Shown one piece after another: positions 1 through 11,532 of a stretch of 64,000 bases of DNA. The first letter of the stretch is position 1. Each line of letters starts with the position of its first letter. Origin of the DNA: Mobula hypostoma (Eukaryota); the NCBI RefSeq assembly GCF_963921235.1, contig NC_086097.1, positions 53,508,001 to 53,572,000 of the forward strand. Reading direction: 5' to 3'. The position numbers and the translations under genes were made by a program. The notes beneath the pieces are model-generated. The model did not search any database, was not told the DNA's origin, and was given only the letters and a program-made list of their open reading frames with translations.

Positions 1-236
1 GTCGGTAATCTTATGTACAGACACTCCTGTGCCTAGCAACACTTGATGAACATACAATCAATCTATATATATAAGCTATCTTATGCATTTATAATGTATT
101 TATTATGTTTTTAAAATTATTATTGTGTTCTTTATCTTTGGTGTTTTTTTCTGCTGCATCAGATCTGCAGTAACAACTATTTTGTTCTCCCTTACACTTG
201 TATACAGAAAAAGACATTAAACAATCTTGAATCTTA
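1..236 (+). mobile_element. 3' end of Rex1/L2-type LINE
   Basis: T-rich 3' UTR ending ATTAAA plus a short tandem tail (atcttga)n; similar tails occur in reverse near 44470 and 49985. Confidence 0.5.
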
Positions 237-254
237 AGGAAAGATAATCTGGTC

Positions 255-713
255 CATGAAAGGGTCCAGAAAAGGTTCACAGGCATGATCGCAGGAATGG
301 AAGACTTGATATATGAAGAGAATTTGATGTCTCTGGGCCTGTACTCAATGCAGTTCAGAAGGATGAGTAGAATTGCATTGAAACATACCATATATTGAAA
401 GGCCTGGATAGAGTAGAGAGAGAGAGAATTTTTCCAATAGTAGGACGGTATAGGATCTGAGAGCCCATCATCAGAAATAAAGAATTCCGTCAGCCAGAGG
501 TTGGTAAAACTGTGGAATTTGTTGTCATAGAGGGTTGTGGAGGCCAAGTATTTGGGTGTATTTAAGGCAGAGATCGATTGATTCTTGATTGGTAATGGAT
601 TATGGGGAGAAGGCAGCAATGAGGTTGAAAAAGAAATCCAGCATGAAAGAATGATGGATCAGAGTCAGAGGGCTGAGTGACTGAATTCTGCTCCTATATC
701 TTATGGTCCTATG
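255..713 (+). mobile_element. CR1 LINE 3' fragment
   Basis: Decayed ERVQKRFT..MI.GM / LGLYS / FFSQRVV.LWN.L ORF2 C-terminus and a 3' UTR ending tcttatggtcctatgg. Confidence 0.8.
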
Positions 714-833
714 GCTAGTTTGCTGTCCATGAAAAGGAACATAGTCTTTCACCAAAGCTAAATGTTGAAGAATTCTGGAGAACCAGTTAGAAGTTATCTT
801 GTTTAAACAATGTTATATTACTACATGAAGCCA

Positions 834-925
834 CGGTGGTGCTAGAAAGTTAGTGAACCCTGTAAAATTTTCTCTATTTCTGCATATGATCTAAAATGTA
901 ATCAGGTCTTCATATAAGTCCTAAA
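834..925 (+). mobile_element. Tc1-like transposon terminal fragment
   Basis: cggtggtgctagaaagttagtgaaccc resembles the CAGTGGTGCT.GAAAGTTTGTGAACCC TIR of vertebrate Tc1 families (recalled); no partner TIR found. Confidence 0.5.
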
Positions 926-1327
926 AAAATTGAACCCACATTTCATTTCAGACACATTAGGTCAAATATTAAGTGATGCCAAAGAGGTAGACCACGGCTT
1001 TGAAAAGCCATCAAGGAACTTTGTAGTGTAAAGCCTTCCAAATATCAAGCAAGAAAGTGCTCTTGTGGCCTCCACCACTTTCCAAAAGGATGTACAGCCT
1101 GTGATTTTCTACATTGTCGTTGCACAAACACTTGTGCTTACAACAGGGACATTTGGATAATATGCGGTTTTTAAAAATTGTTCTAAGTATTTCGTAATTT
1201 GCGTTTTCTGGAATCATCAATTCCTTGCACTAGACAAACTCCAACCATCAACACACTGCACAGAGAATTGAAAAAGCCGAAATTTACTCCAACAGCGAGA
1301 GATTTTGGTTTGTGCGTCCACCCTTAC

Positions 1328-1430
1328 CTGACTCTCGCAATTTACTGCCTTCAGCTTTTGTCCTGGTAGTTCTCTCACTCCCTGCCAAATCCATCAGGGA
1401 CAGCTGCCTTACAGTTGTCTGATCCTTTGC
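1328..1430 (-). pseudogene. KIF23: KIF23 (MKLP1, kinesin-6) motor-domain exon, switch II; part of an unprocessed pseudogene fragment
   Basis: 103-nt exon, tttatcttAG acceptor and GTaagg donor. Translates [34 protein letters not shown](G) versus KIF23 [35 protein letters not shown]. Confidence 0.9.
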
Positions 1431-2193
1431 CTAAGATAAAATGAATACTTGAGTGACTAAATCATGTTGGAAGCTTGGATAATATAAACCTATCTTCTTA
1501 AACTAGTTGAGGGAATTAGAGACACGGGAATTGGAGGTGATTTAGTCAATCAAGACTCCACTATTCTCTAGGATTATGGGTGATTTCCAGACTATGTATC
1601 CACCATGTCCCCAATAGCTTTGGTCTAAATCTCAGCTTCAGAAATTTAAAAAATTGACCTAGCACCAACTGCAGTTATAGAAACTTCAATCTTGAAAGTT
1701 GACAAAATAAAAATAGACTAACGTTGTTTCCTTTGCATTTATACTTCCTTAATTTTATCCTCACATAAATTCTGTTGGAGCAAATTGCATTCCAGAGATG
1801 ACTTTTGGATAGTGATCTGCAAACTCCATAAGGGCAAATCTTTATTACCCGAATGGCTATAACTTGAGACACCTATCTCAAAGGCAGCACTGAAGTACTA
1901 CTGAAGCGATTGCTGCACAATAGCCATACCAACACGTTCTTTCCCAGACTGGGCAGGGGAAGGAAGAAGGAAAAAAGACAGTGTTCAAGGCCAAAGAAAT
2001 GACAAGCCTGAAACCAAAGTGAGGAAAGTAATGGTTCAGGTGTGGTCAAGTGACATTCTTTCTCGATTATATACTCAAGGTTGAACAAAACATTACCAAT
2101 GATGGTTATATACAAGGTTATGTTCTATGTAATACCTTACCCACATTCAGTGACTTAACTGGGAATTAAATTATCTTTAATGGCCCAATATAC

Positions 2194-2308
2194 CTGAAGG
2201 ACATTGTCCTCATCAGCATCCAAGAGAGCCTGTGCTAACTTGATAATAAGAAACACTGTGTGAATGGCTCAGTTCTCAATTTAATGTTGTGTTAGCAATA
2301 TATCTGGC
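2194..2308 (-). pseudogene. KIF23: KIF23 motor-domain exon, switch I; disabled
   Basis: 115-nt exon, cctttttacAG acceptor and GTatat donor. Translates GQ/YIANTTLN*ELSHSHSV/LIIKLAQALLDADEDNVLQ versus KIF23 [41 protein letters not shown]; in-frame TGA plus two frameshifts. Confidence 0.9.
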
Positions 2309-2354
2309 CTGTAAAAAGGAAATAAAAGGTAGATAGGTGGTGTAAGTCTCCTGT

Positions 2355-2455
2355 TACATCTGTCAGGTTGCTGTAATGTCATGGGTTTCTGGGCAGTGCA
2401 GCTCATTGGCCCAGAAGGGTCCGTTCCGTGCGGCACCACTAAATAAATAAATAAA
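2355..2455 (+). mobile_element. SINE/CR1-type 3' tail fragment
   Basis: ggcccagaagggtccgttccgtgc followed by (TAAA)n tail. Confidence 0.45.
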
Positions 2456-4372
2456 GGAAAATGGACAAGTGTATCTGGGTCAGGTCATGTGAGAAACACT
2501 GATGTTAAACTGTTGGCTTACCCATTGTACAGTTACATTTAGAGTACAATGTATCCATATCTGCAAAGGGAAGATCCTTTTACCTCTTACAGGAATGAGT
2601 GAAACTACTAAACCCGAAGTATTATATCAATCCAAATTTTAAAGAAATGCCTTTTTTCTATATCAGCCTCCAAGAAGACTTCATATGAACTTAAGGCCAT
2701 AATTTAAAGCTCTGTTCAATTTCACAAATTGCTTGAGTTTTTCTACTGCAGTTTGTGATTGCCTTACTGCTACTCAGACTAAATTCTGATAGTGGAATGC
2801 ACAACAAGCCACCTCTAATTACATATGCACTTCCTAGCACAAAACACCATTCATAAGTTAGCAAATGCTAGTAATTAAAATAACTTTAATCTGGGTCTGT
2901 AAGTATTGCTCAATTCAAAATACCATTTTTTGTTCTGGTTCTGCAAACAAGAACACAGTAACAAACACCCTGAAATATTATCTCTGATGCACAGTAAAAC
3001 ATGAAAGATCTGTAATATTTTAGATGATGTATTATAATAACAAAACTCGGGGAACCAGAACCATTCCTCTGCCTCTTGCTTCTTCCCCAATTTAATGCTA
3101 TTCCTTTTTTACTCAGAAGTCCCTGCCATGTATTCTCTATACATGGATACTAGTAAAATGCCCCGTATCAGTGTGCCTCATCAGTAGTAACGTGAACGAA
3201 CTTCCCACAATTAAAATAGATATAGATAAGTCTGTACACCCTCATTTCTGGAATAAGAACCAACCAGTTTGCTTAGGATTGCTTTGTACATACAACAACA
3301 AATTACAAAAATATTCTGTACAGAATAGCAAAAGCAATGAAGGATTTGTGGCTCTGATGACCTAGGCATTTTCTCAAATTTTTTTTGTACTTATTGCAAT
3401 ATCCATGTGTCTTTTGCAATTACAAACATGGTTAGGGATGATGGGAATAGTAATTGTAGTGTATTTTTCATGGTTAATAACCATAGGAGTAACAGTTTCT
3501 TTAATTATGGCAGAATCACTTTTTACTTTAAGAACAATGTTACATATTTAATCATTGAAACAATGCTGTACCATGTTTGCAGCTTCACTTGAAGACTGAC
3601 TTTCATAATAAGGATTGTTTTTATTTGATGCTCTTTATCTAAATGAATAAAAATGATTCTCAGCTCCTAGACCAATTCTGGACAGTCCACAAAACACTAT
3701 ATTTGTGCCTACATAGATAGATGTTCACCATTAATTCTAAAGATACTTGTGGATCATTTCCCAGAATTTTTGCCGGTTAAAGGTTTAAAAAATATATAAA
3801 CCACAATGAATTAATACAGCATATTTTTTTACTATGTTATTTTGCTTTGAAATTTCACATTATGTTCTATGACTAAAATGTTAACAGTACAAGTATATTA
3901 CTTAGAAATAGGAGAGAGGCAGATGAGTGGGCGTAGTTCATTGCTTCAGTAATGAACAGTTCCTGCAGTAGATTTTTCAATGGACTACCAAATTCATGCT
4001 GGTGAATGGAAAAAAAAATCTGGCAGCAATATGGAACAAATGAATACAATCAGAAAAAAAGTGGGTCAGCAAATTCCACCAAGAGCTCTGTAAAGTTGCT
4101 CTTTCCATAATAAGAAACCGATGGTGTGTACTTTGGCATTGTGGTTTGGTCAATGGTTTGATGAGCAAAGATTTAGTAGAAAGAAAGCTAAGATTTTGTC
4201 ACGGGATATGGCTATGATCGTAAAAGAAAATCTTTTAAATTTCATGACTTTTTAATGAAAACGGAATACTGCTGAGCTAATTGAGGTACAGTATCGATAT
4301 TGGTATCTTACCCAATTAATTATTCTGCAGTGAGTCCAGACAGATATCTATGAAAGAAATTCAGGGAGATGG

Positions 4373-5575
4373 TAACACTCACAACACGCTGGAGGAACTC
4401 AGGGGTAGAGGTCCTATAAAGAAGGTGGAGAGAGGGTGGGAAAGAGAAGGCTGGTAGGTTCCAGGTGAAAAACCAGTAAGGGGAAAGATAAAGGGGTGGG
4501 GGAAGTGGTCCCCCAATCTGCGTCGGGTTTCACCGATGTAGAGGAGGCCACACCGGGTGCCCCGAATGCAATAGATGACCCCAACAGACTCACAAGTGAA
4601 GTGTTGCCTCACCTGGAGGGACTGTTTGGGGCACTGAATGGTGGCAAGACAGGAGGTGTAGGGACAGGTGTAGTACTTACGTTTACAGGGATAAGTGCCG
4701 GGTGGGAGATCCTTGGGGAGGGATGTGTGGACCAGGGAGTCGCAGAGGGAATGATCCCTGTGGTAAGTGGAGAGGGGTGGAGAGGGAAAGACATGCTTAG
4801 TGGTGGGGTCCTGTTGGAGGTGGGGGAAGTTGCGGAGGATAACGTGCTGGATCCGGAGGCTGGTACGTGAGGACAAGGGGAACTCTGTCCCTGTTGTGGT
4901 GGCAGGAGGATGGGGTGAGGTGCTCCCGGTGTGGCCTCCTCTACATCGGTGAAACCCGACACAGATTAGGGGATCGCTTCATCGAGCACCTCCGCTCCGT
5001 CCGCCACAACAGACAGGATCTTCCAGTTGAGAACCACTTCAACTCTGCTTCACATTCCCATTCAGATATGTCCATCCATGGCCTCCTCACTACCATAATG
5101 AGGAGCAACACCTCATATACCATTTAGGTAGTCTCCAGCTCCTTGGTATGAACATTGAATTCTCCAACTTCTGGTAGTTCCCTCTCCCTCCCTTCCCCTA
5201 TCCCAGTTTCACTCTGCCCCCTCCCCCAGCTGCCTACCACCTCCCTCATGGTTCTGCCTCCTTCTACTACCCATTGTGTTTTCCCCTATTCCTTCTTCAC
5301 CTTTCCTGCCTATCACCTCCCTTCTTCCGCTCCCCCACCCCTTTATCTTTCCCCTTACTGGTTTTTCACCTGGAACCTACCAGCCTTCTCCTTCCCACCC
5401 TCCCCCCACCTTCTTTATAGAGTCTCTACCCCTTCCCTCTTCAGTCCTGATGAAGGGTTCTGGCCCAAAACGTTGACTGATCGTTTCCATGGATGCTGCC
5501 CGACCTGCTGAGTTCCTCCAGGTTGTTGTGAGTGTTGCTTTGACCCCAGCATCTGCAGAGTATTTTGTGTTTACG
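4373..5575. mobile_element. Penelope-like element fragment with inverted segments (GIY-YIG endonuclease)
   Basis: GVIYCIRGTRCGLLYIGETRRRLGDHF on the minus strand (4379-4920) and CGLLYIGETRHRLGDRFIEH...HFN on the plus strand (4921-5127). Inverted terminal segments; 14-bp direct repeat attcagggagatgg at 4359-4372 and 5576-5589. Confidence 0.9.
5441..5480 (+). ncRNA. Minimal hammerhead ribozyme motif of Penelope element (core GAAA mutated to AAAA)
   Basis: Stem I tcagtc/gactga, CUGAUGA at 5447-5453, stem II ggg/ccc, then aaaa-cgtt. Confidence 0.75.
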
Positions 5576-6479
5576 ATTCAGGGAGATGGGTAAGGTAGGA
5601 ACAGATATAATGGTCAGGTAAGATAAAAAGCCAGCTGGAGTGAGGATTCCTGTTTTTTTAAAATTTTAAGCCCTCTCTTTCCATGGGAAGGATGGGATTG
5701 GGGTAAAATGCCCCTCCCCTCTCACTGAGTGTCAATGAACTACTAGATTACAAATGGAAGAGCTTGTTCTCTCTACATGCGTTTTCAGTAGGGTTAATTA
5801 AATAATCAGCAGCAGAAATTCTATCTGATTCTTTTTCTACCTTCTCCCTATTTGTTCGCTTTCTTCTTCAATTGTTGCAACAGCAGTTTGAACTTACGAA
5901 CTTGTCTAATATGGCATATTAATGTTATAGCAAATTCCTTCTGTTTGTAAACTTGCACTATATTAGAAAATGTATCCTTCGAATCACTGAACAAAAGCAA
6001 ATGCACACCTACGCCCCCATATGACATTGAAAAAACCTATCTGAACACAACGGTTGTAATTTGGGCAATAATGTGGTTGTAGTATGGGTGAAATAACCTG
6101 TGCATTAATTGTGAAACCTTCCGTATATCTACACTGTGTACACATGCATGGTTCTCCAATTAAGTACGTTAATCAGCACCAAGAAAAACACAGATATAGA
6201 CCTGTTCTTCTATCACATCTAAATCTGGCTGCAATCCATTTTCAATTCATGAAGAATGTTATTAAGTGAAACTTCAGCACTTTTATAGCTAATACTAATT
6301 AATAAATAGATATCAAGGTAAAATAAAGTAATAAGTGCCAGATCAACAAGTAGAAAGAGAATAAAAATTGTACCTGCCCCATTAAAATATATTAATCACC
6401 CCTAAGAACAATTAGTATTTAACTAGAATAAGGCACATACTCGTGTGATTCTCTAGTTCTACTGAACCCAAAGGATTCA

Positions 6480-7995
6480 TGTCAAACCAAAGTTGGACAA
6501 AAACACTTTTACCAATGAAACATCCCTCCCCACTCATCCCTTAGTGACCCCTGCCACTTTACCCTGGCACTGTAGGATGTGCAACAATTGTTCTTACACT
6601 TGCTCTCTCATTACTACCTAAACATCTTTTCCTGGTGAGGCAAAGATTCACCATCTTCTCAGGGGGATTTGGGATGGCGTCAAATCCTGGTTCAGACAAT
6701 GGAACAGATCTCACTAACATGCTGGACTCCTGACCGTATTTGGGTTTCACCTCTTTGGCTGGAGCGATTTAACAATTAATAAAAACCAACTAAAGTGGAA
6801 TGAATATAAATGGAAGTGTAAAGATCCAACAAGGGCAATGAAAAGCGCAGGAAAACCTTTACTTGGAAAAGAAACCAATGTCTCTCAAAACTATTTTCAA
6901 GCAAGATTGGAATTTTATATCAACTGTGTATATTTTGGAAGGATTACATTTATCAGTGAATACAGACAAGAACATAGATTCCAAATCACCAGACAGAAGA
7001 CTGAATCTGCTGTGATTATGCACTATATTTATTTCTGAGTAACACTCTGTAGATTGGGTTTGGGGGCTTCGGCATGGATTCACCAGAAATGTATTGACAC
7101 CAAAAAAGTTCAATCAAGAACTACATGGATGAGTGGAAGACAAACACGAAGAAAGCAATTTGCAAGAGCTACCAGAGATGATTCACCTGTGTAAATGCAT
7201 TCTCATACGTGTTGGATCTTTCAAAGGAGAAGAAATCTAAAGGGAGAAAAAGCTTCTGATAAAGAAAAGTATTGGAGGCATGTCTACAATTCAATGTAAG
7301 TGTAAACTGTCATTTTCAATAATTAGATTTTATAGTTCAATTAAATTCAGCATCCAAGCAGCAGAAACAAATGTAGAGTAAGTCTTCATTGACCACAGTT
7401 GAGCATGAGTAGGTTAAACATTTTTCTTAATGATTGTCTTTTTGTAATGCCAATTAGAGTTTGAAGCCCAATTTGCTGGATGTACTGAGCGCTCATAATG
7501 ATGCATATAGCAAACCAACAGCTACAAGCAAGTGAGAAGATGTCACATAAAATGCAGGGATTTAGTTAATCTTAACTGGATTTCCTTCCTGCTTTAAAAT
7601 TGGTTTCTCATCAGAGATTAAGTAGAGAATGTCCCTTTGATGAAATAAGTAGATAAAAAAGATTGGGAAATGTTGTTGCAAGAAGGTTATTTTACTTGGA
7701 CTGTGAGCACGGAACTACAAGACATGTCTAAAAATTAACAAGCCTCAAGCAAAACTTGAGATTAAAAGGAAATGTTTTTCCCATGCAGTTGTAAAATGTT
7801 ACTGCTGTTAATTAACTCTGGCAAAAAATGAACTGGAAGAACATTATATGGAATAAGAATGTATTTTATGATGGTAAATAAAGATGGACCTAATTGAATG
7901 CCATTTGGAACACAGCAGTTTTTCAGCTGCTGCCACCACAGAAATGTCATTTTGTAAGAAAATAGCAAATCCAGTATGTTGGATGGAGATCAGGT
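6480..7995 (+). mobile_element. Highly decayed foamy-like retroviral gag-pol relic
   Basis: Collinear motifs: Pro-rich linker; TPDRIWVSPLWL (6726-6761); DWVWGL (7052); VGSFKGEEI (7211-7237), resembling spumaviral Gag capsid region. Then RT-like MLLQEGYFT..VST (7670), LINS, NVFYD, and PPQKCHF..QIQYVGW (7933-7986). Many frameshifts. Confidence 0.55.
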
Positions 7996-8002
7996 ACCAA
8001 AA

Positions 8003-8198
8003 GACATACGAGAAGAATTAGGCCAATTGGCCCATCGAGTCTGTTCTGTCATTCCACCATGACTGTTTGTTATCCTTCTCAACCCCATTCTCCTTCCTTC
8101 TTCCCATAACCTTTGACATATTTACTAATCAAGAACCTATCAACCTCCACTTTAAATATATCCAGTGACTTGGCTTCCACAGCCATCTGTGACAATGT
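8003..8198 (-). mobile_element. CR1 3' fragment
   Basis: Reverse complement of the CR1 3' end (gaattaggcc...aagaacctatcaacctcc). Confidence 0.75.
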
Positions 8199-9138
8199 AG
8201 AATTGAACTGAATTGACTTTATTACTTACATCCTTCATATAAATGAGTAAAAATCTTTACGTTACGTCTCCATCTAAATGTTCAATGTGTAATTTATAAT
8301 AAATGGTATGTACAACAGGACAGTCAATATGACATAGAAATACAATTGTATCAGCATGAATTAATCAATCCGATGGCCTGGTGGAAGAAGCTGTCCCAGA
8401 GCCTGTTGGTCCTGGCTTTTATGCTGCAGTACCGTTTCCCGGATGGTAGCAGCTGGAATAGACTGTGGTTGAAGTGACTTAGGTCCCCAATGATCCTTCA
8501 GGCCTTTTTTACACACCTGTCTTTGTAAATGTCCTGAATAGTGGGAGGTTCACATCTACAGATGTGCTGGGCTGTCCGCACCACTCTCTGCAGAGTCCTG
8601 CGATTGAGGGAAGTACAGGTCCCCATACCAGGCAGTGATGCAGCCAGTCAGGATGCTCTCAGTTATGCCCATGTAGAAAGCTCTTAGGATTTGGGGGACT
8701 ATACCATTCTTCTTAAACCATCTGAGCTGAAAGATGCACCGATGTGCCTTTTTTACCACGCAGCCAGTATGTACAGACCACGTGAGATGCCGAGGAACTC
8801 AAAGCTGTTCGCTCTCTCAACTCCAGATCCATTGATATCAATAGGGGTTATCCCGTCTCCATTCCTCCTGTAGTCCACAACCGGCTCCTTTGTTTTTGCA
8901 ACATTGAGGGAGAGGTTGTTTTCTTGACACCACTGTGTCAGGGTGATGACTTCTCTGTAGGCTGCCTCATTATTATTTGAGATTAGGCTAATCAGTGTAA
9001 TGTCATCAGCAAATTTAATTGGCAGATTGGAGCTGAGGGTGGCAACACAGCCAAGGGTATACAGAGAGTAAAGGAGGGGGCTTAGTACATTGCCCTGAGG
9101 GGCACCTGTGTTGAGGGTCAGAGGGGCAGAGGTGAGGG
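8199..9138 (-). mobile_element. Rex1/Babar LINE, 5'-truncated
   Basis: LTLNTGAPQG.VLSPLLYSLYT, KFADD, ESILTGCITAWYG; AATAAA and (tcaat)-type tandem tail at 8199-8222. Confidence 0.85.
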
Positions 9139-9915
9139 AATTGATTTGCAGAAAAAGGCTCACTTAAATTAATTTTTCAATTACAATGATATTTACTAAA
9201 TATTGTCCCAGAACCTATTGAATAGTTGACAGGTCTATGATAGTCCTAAATTTACTCCCTCTCTCTAGACCATGATTTAGACATTTTACCCTCTCCCATT
9301 AGAATGAATATTTTTAGGAAGCACATTGTTGAAAATGAGAGCTGGGAAGGACACCAGGGTAATAAAGCATTGTGTCTCTCCTTGGTTCAATGAGATTTAA
9401 TGATAGAGAAAATCATCAGAAGATAAAATAATGACTGGAGTCAAATAATAAACTGGAAGATAGAAATAAGTTAAACAATGATTTGGACAGTAAGACGGAA
9501 ACAAGAAGCAGAAAGGAAAAGTAAAAAAAATGCAGCCATTACATTCCAAATCTTCCAGAGGCACAAATAGTTTGCTTTCAGGTTGGGGTGTTTGTTTGCA
9601 ATCACTAGTATGTTCTTAAAGGGTATCTTCTACTGTTAAATACCAGTTTTGACTTTCCAAGGTGAGTTAATTGGCAAATAACATGCAAATACAACATTTT
9701 ATTGGAACTCAGTGGAAAGTTAAGGTTAATGATAGAGTGCTTAAATCATTCAGCAACTTGTAACAATTTAGAACTCAATGGGCATTTCCTCCATGTCACA
9801 AATTTCTGGACAATTTTCACATTAATATTTATGAAATTTAATATAATGTAGTAAATTGCTATTTTTATTATCAGTAAATATGAACCCAATATAATAACTT
9901 CCCACTTGATATAAT

Positions 9916-10240
9916 AAACACAAGAGATTCTACAGATGCCGGAAATCTTGAGCAATACACACAAAATGCTAAAGAAACTCAGTAAGTCAGGCTCTGCTAC
10001 GGAGGGGAATAGACGCGTTTTGGGCCAAGACCAGGTGAGCTCACCTACCTACAATCCCCCTTCACTTGGTCTCACCTATCTCCTGCCAGCTTGTACTCAT
10101 TCACCCCTCCCCATCTTCTTATCTGGCTTCTGCCCCCTTCCTTCTCAGTCCTGATGAAAGGTCTCAGCCAGAAATATTGACTCTTTATTCTCCTCCATAG
10201 ATGCTGCTGACTTGCTGAGGTTCCCCAGCATTTTGTGTGT
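9916..10240. mobile_element. Penelope-derived fold-back element with hammerhead motif at 10146-10183
   Basis: Two Penelope terminal segments in inverted orientation (acacaaaatgct.. / ..agcattttgtgtgt); agtc-CTGATGA-..-GAAA-tatt-gact. Confidence 0.75.
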
Positions 10241-10619
10241 CTCACTTGATGCAATACATTTAATTGTCTTTTTTTGGATTTGAATTTATTGTTTTCTAGA
10301 AGTTTGATAAAAAAAAAGATTAAGGTCCTAGATCAAACAGGGTATATTGTTATATCAGAATATATCGTTTGTGTGAGAAAGGGCCCTTCGAGGTGCAATT
10401 TTGTATTAGAACATTGACCAGCCCTTTGGCCTGCAATGTGTATGCCCAACATGATGTCAAGTTAAAACAAATCTCTTCTTCCCTGCACATGATCCATATC
10501 CTTCCATTCCACGCATCAATTCACATGAAAATGGTCCAATGTGATAACTACATAAATCAACCCAGGTGACTAGTTAATACACAAGGAAATTCATCAGTTA
10601 AATATCAATATGAATAAAA

Positions 10620-11130
10620 GAGTTAATGATTGATGGAAGAAAATTAATCCTTGAAAATGGACAGATTAGCCCAAACGGAAGAGTACTCCATATCAGCAGA
10701 TGATACTTCCAAGAAGCAGCAAAGGAAAGGAAGGAACCTTCAGTAGATCTTTGGAAAACTGCAAAAGTAAAGATGATGTGTTTAAAAAGAGAAGCCACCG
10801 CCAGAGTTCTTTTGGCTATGGTTTGATTAATGGGTTAAGGACAGGGCAAGAGGCTGAGGGGATGAGCTGGTATATAAAATTATGAGATGAATAGATAAGG
10901 TAGATAGTAAAAATCTCTTGTCTGTGTCACAGGCAAGAGGGCATAGTTTAGCATGGAATGTAGGAAGTTTGGAGTGAATGAGAGGGATTTATTTTCCATA
11001 CAAGGATTACGGTTGTCTGGAATTCATAGCCTGAAGATATCATGGAGTTAGATATTTTCATGACGTCTAAGCAACCAGACAAGTACAAGACTCCAAAGAA
11101 TAGGCAGATACACACCTAAGGTGAGTAAGT
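10620..11130 (+). mobile_element. Very decayed CR1 fragments
   Basis: Remnants of W KTA.V..FKK and YKIM..IDKVD / GH motifs. Confidence 0.45.
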
Positions 11131-11329
11131 AGGATTATTATATAATATAGACAGAAATAAATATCGTGAACATGTGATGAAGAGCCCTTGAAAGTGAGTT
11201 TGTAGGTTGTGGGAATGGTTGCGCACAGCTGAATAATTTTATTTATTTATTAAGGAGGAAACTGCTGGCACAGGTATCATGATTGTAGTCATGAAAAATA
11301 TTTCTATGATGTATTAAGTTGTTATTATG

Positions 11330-11532
11330 TTGTACTGAGACAATGAATCCATGAACATGAAGGACAGTAATTTTCTTTCCCTCTCTTTGCACTACTTAGT
11401 AAATTTTCTTCTTTTATATGAACTTATTTTGCAATTTATAGTTTTTATTGTTATGTATTGTAATGTACAGCTGCTGCAAAACAACACATTTCAAGACATT
11501 TGCCAGTGATATTAAACCTGATTCTGATTCTA
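11330..11532 (+). mobile_element. Rex1-type 3' UTR
   Basis: gtgatattaaacctgattctgattct tail; the same family occurs in reverse at 59602. Confidence 0.65.

Noticed and set aside
1011..1220. Cys-rich minus-strand ORF next to the KIF23 exon
   Set aside because: Does not match the expected next KIF23 exon (NINQSLMTLRTC) or a known domain.
5600..6480. Searched for a tRNA-Lys PBS and 5' LTR upstream of the gag-like relic
   Set aside because: No TGGCGCCC-like site or LTR boundary was recognisable.
6561..6758. Minus-strand exon-like ORF (KPKYGQESS...EPGFDAIPNPP)
   Set aside because: No match to KIF23 or any protein I recognise; weak acceptor; antisense to the gag-like motifs.
7053..7295. Plus-strand AG...GTAAGT exon candidate
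   Set aside because: Stops in all three frames; overlaps the gag-like relic.
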